Assembly (NCBI GenBank): GCA_002633005.1
Contig: NMRA01000021.1
Coordinates: 98,052 to 162,051 of the forward strand
Direction: 5' to 3'
Source: Phoronis australis
Lineage: Eukaryota; Animalia; Phoronida
DNA: 64,000 nucleotides
In this document: one piece after another, positions 1 through 13,000 of the stretch
Layout of the letters: every line of letters begins with the position of its first letter
Position numbering within the stretch: the first letter of the stretch is position 1
Notes under the pieces: generated by a model
The model's input: only the letters and a program-made list of their open reading frames with translations
Told to the model about the DNA's origin: nothing
The model's database searches: none
Translations under genes and position numbers: made by a program

Positions 1-309
1 ACTAATTGCTCTACAAAGTGCTATTAATATTTTTACTTAAATGTTTTTATGTTGTTTTGCCACGAAAGCCCTTTTTTGTTAAATTTCACTAAAGACATGG
101 CCATGTGACATAATTAATGGCAGATTGGTATAAAGTCAAACATTGAAATTTGGCAGACTTTCTACTTTCAGAAAACATATGTATACTTTTTACCGAGTCA
201 AAAACGATATTTTTTGTAATTAGTTCCAAGTCTAAACACACAGACTTGTCCTACATAACCTTAAAAAACGTGTTAGTAAAGACTGAGCTTTTTTATGTGT
301 TACAAGGCT

Positions 310-380
310 CCAGTGGCTGACAATCGAGCATTGCACATAGTTGTCTCCTACTCGTCTGAGCTTGGGTCTTGTGAGTGACT
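310..380 (+). mobile_element. SINE core fragment (same family as 28866-29022)
   Basis: ttgcacatagttgtctcctactcgtctgagcttggg resembles ttgcacaaaagtgtctcctactccagagcttggt on the - strand near 28.9 kb. Confidence 0.45.
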
Positions 381-946
381 GTATGCAAGGGATTGACTAA
401 GAACCAGGATATAATGCGAAAGTGATTTCTGGGGTTGTGCTCATATTAAAAAGGCTTGCTGGGTTTTGATGACTTGTTTTTGTCATGCAGTTGAATGTTG
501 CCAAAAATAATTGCCAAAATTGGTTGTTTTTCATTTTTCAAAAGCTTGTAACATTGATATGCTAGCCGAAAGTTTCTCAGATGTCATCTTTGTTATAGAA
601 CTTAGTGTGATAAAACCTCTGTTTTATGACTGTCTTAAATGAAAAGTGAAGGAATAAAGTTTCATTTGTCTGCTGTATTGCGTCCTAAATTGGTGACATC
701 TTACTATGTCTTCCATATGTAGAAAAATAGCAACCACGTTTCTATAGCGACTGTGATTTGTGCTTTACATAATTTTAGAACCCATATCAATTAAAGTGAT
801 GCCTGGAGTTAAGCAAATAAACCTAGATTGCTCCACTGCTGTGTGGTTAGCGAGTATTATCTGTGGTTCAGTTGTTTAATGTTTTGTTATTAGTGGGCTT
901 CCTAATTTTTGTCCCAACTTATTTTATGTTTTTGTGTTTTTTTCAG

Positions 947-1001
947 GTTAGTTCACTTGGACTTGAAAGGTGCTCCACCTAGAGTATCCTATTACCATGA
1001 G
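947..1001 (+). CDS. HEXD: HEXD exon ([18 protein letters not shown])
   Basis: tttcag acceptor, gtaagt donor, HEXD N-terminal motif. Confidence 0.9.
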
Positions 1002-4000
1002 GTAAGTTCAGTTTTCCTAAGATGGAACATTACAAACTTTCTCTGATGCTGTGGCTATTCCAGAAAATGAGCAGTGCGGAAAATCTATTGTTGAGTGGTC
1101 ATGTTAGCTTATTGTCTGCGATTTTACCTTATACGTCTATTTTCTTCCTTTCTTCTGAGATTCAGAATAACCTAAAACCCAGTGGACACCTACTGTACAA
1201 ACTATTAGAGAGAGACGCTGTGTTTCAAGGGAGACTTGGGGACTAACAGATTTTACGAACTGTAAGAGAAATCACCGTACTTTTGTCCATGGTAATAGTG
1301 AAGTGTAGAACCACAGGCAGGATGGGTAAGGTCGTATCAATGATTGGGCAATTGGGCATACCGCGAAATAAGAAATTCACAATCGGTAACATTTTTGTCT
1401 ATTAATTTTGCAGATTTTCCCTTTATTCAAAGAATGGGGAGTTACAGGACTTCTGATTGAGTATGAGGACATGTTCCCATATAAAGATGACTTCAAGTGC
1501 TTACAGGCCCCATATGCCTACAGGTATGGGGTATGGGGACAAATGAAGAACAGTTAGTGTTGGTGTTAACTAGTTATTGATTTATGTTTGTGGAAAACTT
1601 TATATTTTATCTAATTATTTTTACATTGTCGTTTTTTTTTTGTCAGCAGATTGAGAAGAATGAAAATAAGAGCCAATGCACTGTAATATTTCAGTAATCT
1701 CCATGATATGTAGAGCAGAAAACGCTTTGGCTAGGCTTTCATTTCTGATCAGGAAGATTTTGAAGTGTGACTCAGGAAGTAACATGGCTGTAAGGTTTGT
1801 CATCTACTGTTTTACCCCGAATATAAGGTCTGTCATCTACGGTATTACCCCAAATATAAGGTCTGTCATTGACTGTATTACCCCGAATGTAAGACCATTG
1901 CTGTGTTTTCCCAAACTTCATCTGACACTTTCCGTTAGGATTGATACATCCTCGAAGTTAAACATTTTTGTTCATATCAGAATGCAAAGAACCGTGACTA
2001 TAACGCCGTGAACTTATATTCTGTGTAATACAGTAAGAAAAATTATAATTTCTGAACATGGTTGGGGACTCAGTGCCATGTTTGAAAAAGTGATGGAAAA
2101 ACACTTGTTGCTAGAGTGTAACTGCTTCTGTTAAAATAATTAGATGCACCCTTTGCTATGTTTTCTAGCCAACAAGATATCTCTGATCTGCTCCAACTGG
2201 CACAGCATCACAGCTTGGAGGTGATTCCGCTTGTCCAGTCTTTTGGACACTTAGAATTTGTCCTCAAGCATGACCGGTTCAGACACCTGCGAGAGGTGGA
2301 ACGCTATCCAATGGCTCTCTGTCCGTGCCATCCAGGTAACAGCCTTAATAGAAACCTATAACCATTGGAGTGCAAAAAATAGCCTCAAGCAGCTGAAGGG
2401 GAACCTGGCTATCAGTCATGAACAGTTTGGAGGATTTAAATTTTACTAAAATGCTTTTACAACAGAATCCAGACATGCTTCGTTTCTGCAGAGGATGCAG
2501 AAAGTGCATGTTTCGTACAAAAAACTTTCTTGTCTGGAAGTTATGACATTCAGGAAAAATTGCAGGTTTTGAGAAGAAAACTGGTCACATGACTACAGGT
2601 TTCTTGGATTATTTTGATACACATGCTATGTTTGTGTGATTATAAAGGATTTCTAAAATTCGTTTTTTCATGAGCTAGTGATTAGTATTTGAAAGTTATT
2701 TTGGGATTGGTAACCCCTGGGGAATATAGACATTAATCTATAAGATGTAGTTGGCTACCTTGTTTACTAAGGATCAGAATTTTTAAATAGCTATTAGTGT
2801 CAATAGTAGACCCATCAAACTGTATCATAATTTTTGATGATCTTAGAATCTTATGTACACGAAGCCAATAACCAGGTGTTCGACTGCATTTTTTCCTCAA
2901 AAATTTAGATTTTTCATGGAGATATCTATATTTTCTACTTACACACTATTTTTTACTTCAAAACTTGCAAATTCTGTTTCTATCAGCTTAGTAGGCATAT
3001 CTTGGATTTTCTCTTAGCCAGATTTCGGTTGTCAAATATCACTACATCTGCTTTTTAAAGGAACATTGGCGTTTTCATTTTCAAAATCTTGGTTCTTGGA
3101 CTAAAAGTCCTAAAAAAGAAAATCTCAGGCACTTTTTGTGGAGCTAATAGAATAAAAATGCAGAATAAAAATACAGAATTTTCAAGTTTCACACTGAAAT
3201 GTTCATGTTTGTAGAAATTATGACGACTCTGTGAAAAATCAAGATTTTTTAGGAAAAGGACGGTATTAATTTTGCTCTCATAAGACTCTGTGATCATCAA
3301 GGATTTTCAAAATTTGTACTGTTGCGAGTCTACAATTAAATGTCTTTAAAAGTTTTTCGAGAAATTTGATCTTTTGTAACACATATTGCGTCAACAATAT
3401 TTGAAACTGAAACAAATATTCACTGAAGAAAAAAGTTATTCCATTCTGTTTGATTGAATAAATTGTAATTACAATCGTAAACGAGGCTTTTTGCCTTATT
3501 TTTAGTTGGTTGAGCTGCGCTTCAGATGACATTAGGTAATAATTTAGGCATTCACTGAGTAAATGTATATGTATGTATGTATGAACGTACACTTGTATGG
3601 CTTAAAACTGTAATAATGTGGTCAAAAAATTGTTTGTTACAACGGTTTCGCCAATGTTGACCTTTTGCTTTATTTTCAGACTCGTTGGATGTGGTGGTGG
3701 CTATGATCAGTCAAATGTTGAGTCTTCATTCAGAGGTCAAATGGTTACATGTTGGTGCTGATGAGGTAATACTGTGACCATCAGTCTACTGTGCTGTTGA
3801 AGATAAAAAACTTTAATTTCAAAAATTGAACATGAAATTTGACTCTTGTATATTTATTAAATAAATGATAAAACCGCACTTGTGTCAGGTCTAACCCTCA
3901 GTGTGATATGCTAATTAGAACGGAGGCTTAAAGCAAAATTTTGTGTAATTGTACACAGGAATTTTCCTGCTTTTATTTGCATTGTCAGAAGGTAGTTAAA

Positions 4001-7000
4001 CAAGATTCAATCGTTGCTGTATTCCTTTCCTATACATGCACATGTAATTAAGCTCAAATTATATATGTCTGCGGGTTGGACATTCACAAGGTATTCCACT
4101 TGGGTGTGTGCGAGAAGTGCCAAGCCAAGATGGCAGAGAACAATTGGACGAAAGTGGATCTGTTCCTCGACTACATGTGTCGTCTGCTTCGCATGTGCCA
4201 GAAGATGTTTCCTCACGTGACCTTCATCATGTGGGATGACATGTTGCGCAGGGTCAAGGACACCAAAGTGTTGGAAAGTGAGTAAAAAGTTCTGCACTGG
4301 GGTATTCCAGGGTGCACTGCAACAAAGACACGGTTCACCAACATGTATCTCCACCTAGTGTTCCCCATTTGTCTGAATGCTATAGACATGCTTGTGAATT
4401 CTTGAGTCGGTTCATCTTCAACAATGAGTTGTCATATTTTCCAAGCTCATAAATTAATTCTAATTTGATTTTCATGGTTACCAGTTGCTAATCTGATGGG
4501 TTGAATGATGTAATTCACAAGTTGGTGTTTTTGACAAAGTTGTAATTTCGTGAAGGTGGGTGCATTAGAACAAACACTTTCTGAATCGAGGTGACTGGAT
4601 GGTCAATGAAATAATGACCCACATGCCTAACTATGCTGGAGGTGAAATTCCTAATTGCTATGCACAAACCACCCGTTCTGTGTATTTTACCATATGTTTT
4701 GTAAATGACCTATGACAAGCTCCGCCCCTTGCGAAATGCAACGTGTTGTTTGTCGGGTAAAATGGCGGCTTAGAAACGAAGGTGTGTCAAGAATGCTGCG
4801 TTCTGATTGGTCAATTAAGTCAATTTCGAAATATGTGGTTTTGATTACCAAGTGATTATTGACAAAATGAACATTATTTTCAACTTTTTGTTCTCACAGT
4901 AACTCTCACTTAAGAGTGGACACAACCCCGGGTTCCATTGAAGAAATTAACTTTTGATCTAGGCCCCATGCTGCTATATAACTGATCTCAATTTGTTCGT
5001 AACTCGGATGAAAAGTGGTTTGTGGTTGTGAGAAAAACTGAGAGTTCATTATTGCTTGAGACCATGATTGATGCGTAAAACAAGATGCTGTGTCAAGTCA
5101 ACTGTCGTTTATGTTTAAGCCCAGAAATCACTTCTAATTAGATTTATGAACAATTTGATATCAGTGTCTTCAGAGTTAGTGATCTAAGCTGGAAGTTAAG
5201 TGTTTATGGCGATTGGCGGAAGCCGCTTTATAATGACTTGTGTTTGTTTGTCCGTTTGTTTTACAGACTCAGGTATAGGAACATTAGCGGAGTTGATGGT
5301 TTGGCATTATCTGGATACATTTGATCTGGAACCAGGTGAGTTGATCATTCAGCAGTTTTAGGGTTTGTGCAATGGTTGTGTACTTATATTTTGTTTTTAG
5401 TGTAGATTGTATAGACATCTTTTGACCTGATAATGGCATGTCAAACCCATATTCAGTTTCTTCAGCTGGCTATTAATGTTACTTCCAATTAAGCTGATTG
5501 TTTTCTTCATATGTGTTATGAAAAGCATAAGAAAGTGAAGAAAAAAAAACATACTGGTGAGCTTAATTATTTGTAGAGGCTTGTTAAGGCCAGTATGTTG
5601 TTTAATATGTGACTTGATACAGTAGCTCCAGCTCACAAAGTCTGAAGTTAAAAAATTTGAACTACGGTGCTTGCAACGTGCTTGACTTTGAACTGGTACC
5701 TTTCTAAATGTTTCACATATTTATTAAGATTTTCATTCAAATCCTGCTTTTGACCTCGGCATGAGAAATCATGAAACTTCGGTCTCTTGCCGTAGCTTTA
5801 GTGAATGAAAGTAAGGTGTTGAAAGTCACCACCCCTTTGTGTGCCTTCTGTATTTTAGCTTAGTGCAACCTACGGAAGGGCATAAGGCCTTTTTAGAGTA
5901 GAAATATTTTGGTCTGGTTGATGCTGAAAGTCTTAACTTTTTGCCACTTTATATTGGATTCAGATCTATTCAGTCGCTACTCTAAAGTGTTCCCTTCGCT
6001 ATGGGCTGCATCAGCTTTCAAGGGGGCGACAGGTCCAACACAACAGACCACAGACATCACCTATCACCTACAGAATCACAGGGCATGGCTGGACAGGATG
6101 ACACAAGAAGCTGGAAAGTTCACCTGTTTCCGTGGATATGCTCTTACCGGATGGCAGAGGTGTGCATTTGTGGCTGGCATAGTATGATTTGGATAGATTA
6201 TGAAGTTTTAAACTCTTGATTGATCAATATTTCCAATTCGTATTGATGGCTGTGATTATCATATTTTGAAGTATGAAAATCAATATATTGACCTCAGGGA
6301 AAGTTTGTATAATATCGGAGACAAGATAATAAATTTCATTTAAAAGTATTCTCAAAACATCTTGTCTTAAATTGTTAAAATTCAGGCTTAATTTCAAATG
6401 ATTTATTGATGGTATATTTCTTTTATGTTTGGCTTCCGTCTGAGATCACACCATAATTCAGTGATGCTCGACATTTTTTGAGAGAATTTGTCAACAACTG
6501 CATTGTATTTTAATTGTGTAAGAACATTTCCACATATTTGGTAATTTATATCCTTATATACTGGTTTAATAAGATATTTTTGATATTGTTCTACAATCAG
6601 CCTCTTTTTTTCTTTTTTAGGTATGACCACTATGCCACCTTGTGTGAGCTTTTACCTGTTGGTCTACCGTCTCTAGTTGCCTGCTTGGCATGTTTAAAGC
6701 ATGGTAAGGAGTGGCCCAGTACCTTCCACCTTGTGTATGTCTTCATTAAAATATTGCATTATGGTCTCTTTAATAGTCATTTGACTTGTTTCCTCTCATT
6801 TGAAACAGCAACAACCCCACCTTCCATGAGCAGTAGCTTAAAGGGATACTAAACCCTGTTTTGGTGATTTCATCCAATCATCGTTCTGTCATTTGCCCAT
6901 GCACCATTGGCATCCCACTTCAGTGACGAAAGCAGGATTCAACTTAAAACTTGTTCTCTCTGTGTCGGAGATTGAATGTAATGGTTCTTGATGGATGGTC

Positions 7001-10000
7001 TTTCCCTACAGTTGTCATGTAATTGACCTAAAGTATAAGTTACGCTTGCCTGTTAGCAGACTGTTGAAGAAGTTTTCAAATTTTGCTCCCAACACTGAGG
7101 GTTGTTGAGACTTAGCTTTATGATTTTGTTTCAGAGAACTGGAAGGGAAAGTTGTTTTTAATAATAGACCAAAATTGGGTTTAGTATCGTTTTAATTTTG
7201 ACCCCATACGATTATGAAATCGGTCTGCTCCTCATTCAAATGAGAGGTGATTTCTATGCATTCTGAGAGAGCTTTCAGTTATTGATTGAGAGCATAATTG
7301 ACTCATAAAATTACTCGTGGCAGGCTAACTTTTTGATCCTGTGTCTTAGTTTTATCCAAGCCCAGAAACCACTTGTTGTTTGAGTAAGGATTAGGTTCGG
7401 ACCAGTTCTAGTGGTTAGTGATCTAGATGAAATGTTTGTTGCTTTGATGGTACAGGTTTTAATTGCAGCTTTAACATAATGAATGCCATGGGAAGAAACA
7501 CACTTTTGTATAACTTGTTTGTGGTAAACAAATCTGCGTATGAACACCTGTAGTTTCTGTTGTAAATTATCCAAGCCTGAATACCAGGCTTTGTCCTGCA
7601 CTGAACTGAAGAAATATCTTGATATCTGAGAGGACTGCTGTGGAGAATTCACCCTTTAGATATGCTTGACGTGGTGAAAATGTATTGGCTAGATTTCAGT
7701 CTAAGGATAACACTGATTTGTAACTTGGCTGTTTATTTCTCGAATGCCAAACTAGGGTGTCTTCACTTTCTGAATTTTCGTATGCAATTTCGTATACGAC
7801 TTTTTTACCTTGAAAATTTGTTTTAAGTCACGTGTCACCTACAGTTATTTGTATACGACATTTGAACATGAACTTGCATAAGACAGTGGAGTGAGTTGAC
7901 AATAATTCAAACATCCTAAACATTGGTATCAGAAAATTGGAAGTGTGTAGTCAGTGATCCAAAATTCATACGTGCCCTCCTATGTTAAAATCAGAAGTAG
8001 ATACAGGACTTTACATTGCGTCTTTATTGTGATACATTTGTCTACACTTCTGCTCAAATTTATCCCTTCCATTCATTACCATAGTTGCCAGCTTGCTTCT
8101 CCATAGACATTGTACTATTTTTTAGGTTTGTTTTTATAGGTACATTTAACCTGGATACTCATAAGAAGGTGGCAGAGGGGCTTGGGTTTGTTGATGGGAT
8201 GCCACTCGCGCCGTTTCTAAAGTAAGTGTAATTCTTGGTACGGTGTTTGGTAGGCTCTGTGTTGTTGCTGAATGAAATCTAACTCATCTTGTGATGCCTG
8301 GTATGTGTTCAGTAAGGGGACATGGTAAAACCACGGTTATTTTGCATTCATCACGGTAGATGATTTGTGTCACTGGGTAACTTGTGGTTGTCTGCATGAA
8401 TGAAATTGCAAAAAAATGTATTTGAAAATTAAGTCAAGCACGTCTCTCGTATGCAATTGTTTGTTGTTTTATCTTCATCGAAGTATATATGATAAACGTG
8501 TGACTACTTTGTCAATTAAGCTATTTCCATAAAAACATTGGCTTCACTTTGATGTCAAAACATGTGAGGACCTGATAACAAATTGACCGTATGAATAGGT
8601 AGGTACAGATGTTGCAGGTTACATGTAAAAAATAGTTGCAATGCAATAAAACTCAGGATTTTTTTGTCAAGGATAAAATACGTTTTTTTTTCTGGGGCTC
8701 TTTGTATTATGTCGAGATTTTGTATTTTCCATTTAAATGTGTTAAACCTGGTGCCCGTTCCACTGAAGCAAAGTGCTTGGGTGTAATTGTAGTAAGGTCA
8801 CAGGCTTGGTGTATAATACATGGTGATATCTTGCTAGTACTTGCACCGTCTTGCCTAACTCTCATGACAGTAGTGTTGCACAAGACAATCTTGAATGGGC
8901 TCCACAGTGTATCTATTCTGTATGTGATTTGTCAGACATTTGAAGGCCATTTTCATTATAATTGACAATAGTCTGGGGTTGGTGTTGTCACAACATGGTG
9001 TCTTCTGTATGCAGATATTTAATTTATTTGACAGGGCTCTCCTCTCTCATATTTAATCTCTGTCCAGGAACTCCACATTCCAGATTGAAAATAGCACTAC
9101 AGGATCGCACGAAAATATCCTGTTACATTGAATGCGAGTGTATGAACAGGCAAACTTTATCGCCTGCACAGGGTTCTCCATATCTCAAAATTTTAAGATA
9201 GCGGAAACATGCTAGACAATGTAGGGCGCTTGTGCACTAACAACCGCAGGCTATCAAACAAATTGTCTCCTTGTTGTGGTGGTTTTAGGCAGTCCAGTCA
9301 AGATTTTTTAAAACTTACATCTCATTTTCTGCATTTTACAAAATCTTTTTGTTTAAATAGGTTATTTCCAGAAGGAATGAAATCTGCATAGTAGTGTGTT
9401 AGGTGTTTTTTTAATGGTGCTGTAATGAAAATAATTATTGTTAAAATTAAGATATTTATTATTTAACTGCAATTTCCTGTGCTGTCCTTATAGTATAGAA
9501 GATAAGTCTGAACAGAGTTTCACTTTTAAGGACAGTTCCACCTCCAGGCATTTGTTTGTTAACTTTTGTTACAGTTAGTATCAATTCCCACACTAGGTAC
9601 TGTTCTGAGTAGTCAGCCCTTCACTTAAAATGGCAGGAGAATTTAAAGAGTGCTCAAAGTCAGCCAGTGAAATTGAAAGAGGGCACAGCACCCTGTTGTA
9701 ACAGCGCTCAGCATGACATTCAAACATATAATGAAAGGGGGGGGGGTTGCCATAGGTAACTAATTCACCAGATATTGTCAGCTCACATCAGGCTTATTCA
9801 GGTTCTAAGCTCAGTGGCTGTGGTATAATGACAACAGTTAGAACAAACAGCATAATCCCTTGAAAGGTTAGGTCATTTCTTCTGAAGCCCAGTGTACTTT
9901 GGACACTGAATGATGTGCATGGCATTGTCCTCTGTTGTTGAGGTTTGTGTGACTTCTTGACACATCCTTTCCAATTTGATGTTTTTAGATTTTGTGTCTA

Positions 10001-13000
10001 AATATTTTAGTTTACACAGTATGTGGTTTTGTATTGTCCTAATCTCTCTGTGTCTGACTGACATCTGCTCACGAGCCTTTGAAGGGTTTGCCTGAAATTT
10101 GGCAGACATGCGGCTCTGGTAACATTTTTCCAACTTCGGACAAACATAGCTGTCAAAATCGTTCTGCTTTTTCAAGGGCTTTAACAATCTAGAGAATGAC
10201 CACAATTTCTCAAAAGTTTGTCTGATGGTAGTAAACTTATAAAGCGTTTATTTGACACAACTTCTTTTTTTATGAAAAATGAAACTTAAAATCCGCTTGT
10301 CCTCATTGTTAGCTAGAATTTAACCGTAACATGGAGAGAATGGATGGCACGTGTTGGTTTTACTCGTCCAAAGGTTATTGGGCGCTCACTGATGAGTACT
10401 CACAGTTTATCAGTGAAGGGCTGGTTTGGTAATATAGACCAGTGAAATCAAATCATTGTGACAAATTTGTTTGTGAGAAGCTCATTTTGCCACTGTTTCA
10501 CCCTTATTTCAGCTTCGGAACCGTGCCAGTTTGTCAGTTCCCTGGCAGTGAGGTGTATGTGGGTATGCATGAATATCTTCAGCTAGACATCCAGTACTTT
10601 CAGTTTCTCAGACATGAGAGGTAGGTCAAAAGTGTCCTTATACATCGAAAGGTAGAATACAGATTGTAATACGTGTTTTCATGTTGGTCCTATGTTAACT
10701 AGATAAAGATAAATTGCTTTAGACTTTATGACAAAGACTTTCTCTTTTTAATTAAATGTAGGCATTATCAACCCCATCTCTGACCACTGGCCTGCACTAA
10801 ATATTTCTGACGGTAGGTGGTTCTTAGCAGCTTTTCATTTCTCGCTCTTACTTATCACTAATTATGTCACTTGGCAGAAGTAATGTTTTTGTTCAAATCA
10901 GTATATGAGATGTTAGAGTTCAGTACGCCCTCTGTTGTAAGCCTGAATAGAACGTGATCTTCTTGCAGTCATCTGCACGCATGGATGAATGATTACCAAG
11001 TGAGACGNNNNNNNNNNNNNNNNNNNNNNNNNNNNNNNNNNNNNNNNNNNNNNNCCAGGCATTTGTTTGTTAACTTTTGTTACAGTTAGTATCAATTCCC
11101 ACACTAGGTACTGTTCTGAGTAGTCAGCCCTTCACTTAAAATGGCAGGAGAATTTAAAGAGTGCTCAAAGTCAGCCAGTGAAATTGAAAGAGGGCACAGC
11201 ACCCTGTTGTAACAGCGCTCAGCATGACGTTCAAACATATAATGAAAGGGGGGGGGGTTGCCATAGGTAACTAATTCACCAGATATTGTCAGCTCACATC
11301 AGGCTTATTCAGGTTCTAAGCTCAGTGGCTGTGGTATAATGACAACAGTTAGAACAAACAGCATAATCCCTTGAAAGGTTAGGTCATTTCTTCTGAAGCC
11401 CAGTGTACTGTGGACACTGAATGATGTGCATGGCATTGTCCTCTGTTGTTGAGGTTTGTGTGACTTCTTGACACATCCTTTCCAATTTGATGATTTTAGA
11501 TTTTGTGTCTAAATATTTTAGTTTACATAGTATGTGGTTTTGTATTGTTTTAATATCTCTGTGTCTGACTGACATCTGCTCACGAGCCTTTGAAGGGTTT
11601 GCCTGAAATTTGGCAGACATGTGGCTCTGGTAACATTTTGCCAACCTCGGACAAACATAGCTGTCAAAATCGTTCTGCTTTTTTCAAGGGCTTTAACAAT
11701 CTAGAGAATGACACAATTTCTCAAAACTTTGTCTGATGGTAGTAAACTTATAAAGCGTTTATTTGACACAAATTTTTTTATGAAAAATGAAACTTAAAAT
11801 CCGCTTGTCCTCATTGTTAGCTAGAATAACCGTAACATAGAGAGAATGGATGGCACGTGTTGGTTTTACTCGTCCAAAGGTTGTTGGGCGCTCACTGATG
11901 AGTACTCACAGTTTATCAGTGAAGGGCTGGTTTGGTAATATAGACCAGTGAAATCAAATCATTGTGACAAATTTGTTTGTGAGAAGCTCATTTTGCCACT
12001 GTTTCACCCTTATTTCAGCTTCGGAGCCGTGCCAGTTTGTCAGTTCCCTGGCAGTGAGGTTTATGTGGGTATGCATGAATATCTTCAGCTAGACATCCAA
12101 TACTTTCAGTTTCTCAGACATGAGAGGTAGGTCAAAAGTGTCCTTATACATCGCAAGATAGAATACAGATTGTAATACGTGTTTTCATGTTGGTCCTATG
12201 TTAACTAGATAAAGATAAATTGCTTTAGACTTTATGACAAAGACTTTCTCTTTTTAATTAAATGTAGGCATTATCAACCCCATCTCTGACCACTGGCCTG
12301 CACTAAATGTTTCTGACAGTAGGTGCTTCTTAGCAGCTTTTCATTTCTCGCTCTTACCAGATGTTCTAAATCACTAATTATGTCACTTGGCAGAAGTAAT
12401 GTTTTTGTTCAAATCAGTATATGAGATGTTAGAGTTCAGTACGCCCTCTGTTGTAAGCCTGAACAGAACGTGATCTTCTTGCAGTCATCTGCACGCATGG
12501 ATGAATGATTACCAAGTGAGACGAAATTTTGTCAACCCTGTTCACGTCGAGCAGTTTTTACCTACTGTTTCCAGGTATGTCATACATTGTTAGTAGACCG
12601 TACCTGTCTTCAAGACATTCTTCTTGTATTCTCAGTTGCATGTAAAACTTCCTTTGTGCAGTGATGATGGCATGCATAACATCGTACAAAAGGTACTGAT
12701 TGTGAAGTCTTAGAGAACTGTTATCTTTTTGAAGGCTTTTTGGGCCATTTGGCATATTTTACTTATACGTGGTATTGTGAAGCTTTTCAATGTTTCTGTA
12801 TCTTAATGAAATCTATGAAAATGGAAGTTCCTCAAACTTGAAGTGCTGATCCCCAGACTAAGTTCCGAAAACATCGGTTGAAGTAAGCTGCTACGTTCCC
12901 TCCTTTTTCAGTTCTAATAACTGTGCTCAGTGGTTGAGACGCTTGCTGTCAGCTTTGGTATATCAGTAACAATTTTGTCATTTGACTTGAGCCGTAGTTT

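Larger units (their letters stand above)
9544..12523. repeat. ~1.47 kb near-identical direct duplication around N gap 11008-11054 (probable haplotype/assembly artefact)
   Basis: 9544-11007 and 11055-12523 differ only by scattered SNPs and small indels; both breakpoints are the gap edges. Confidence 0.85.

Noticed and set aside
9544-12523. Tandem duplication of HEXD exons as mutually exclusive alternative exons
   Set aside because: Both breakpoints coincide with the N gap, introns are as similar as exons, and the second exon is cut by the gap; best explained as two uncollapsed haplotypes.
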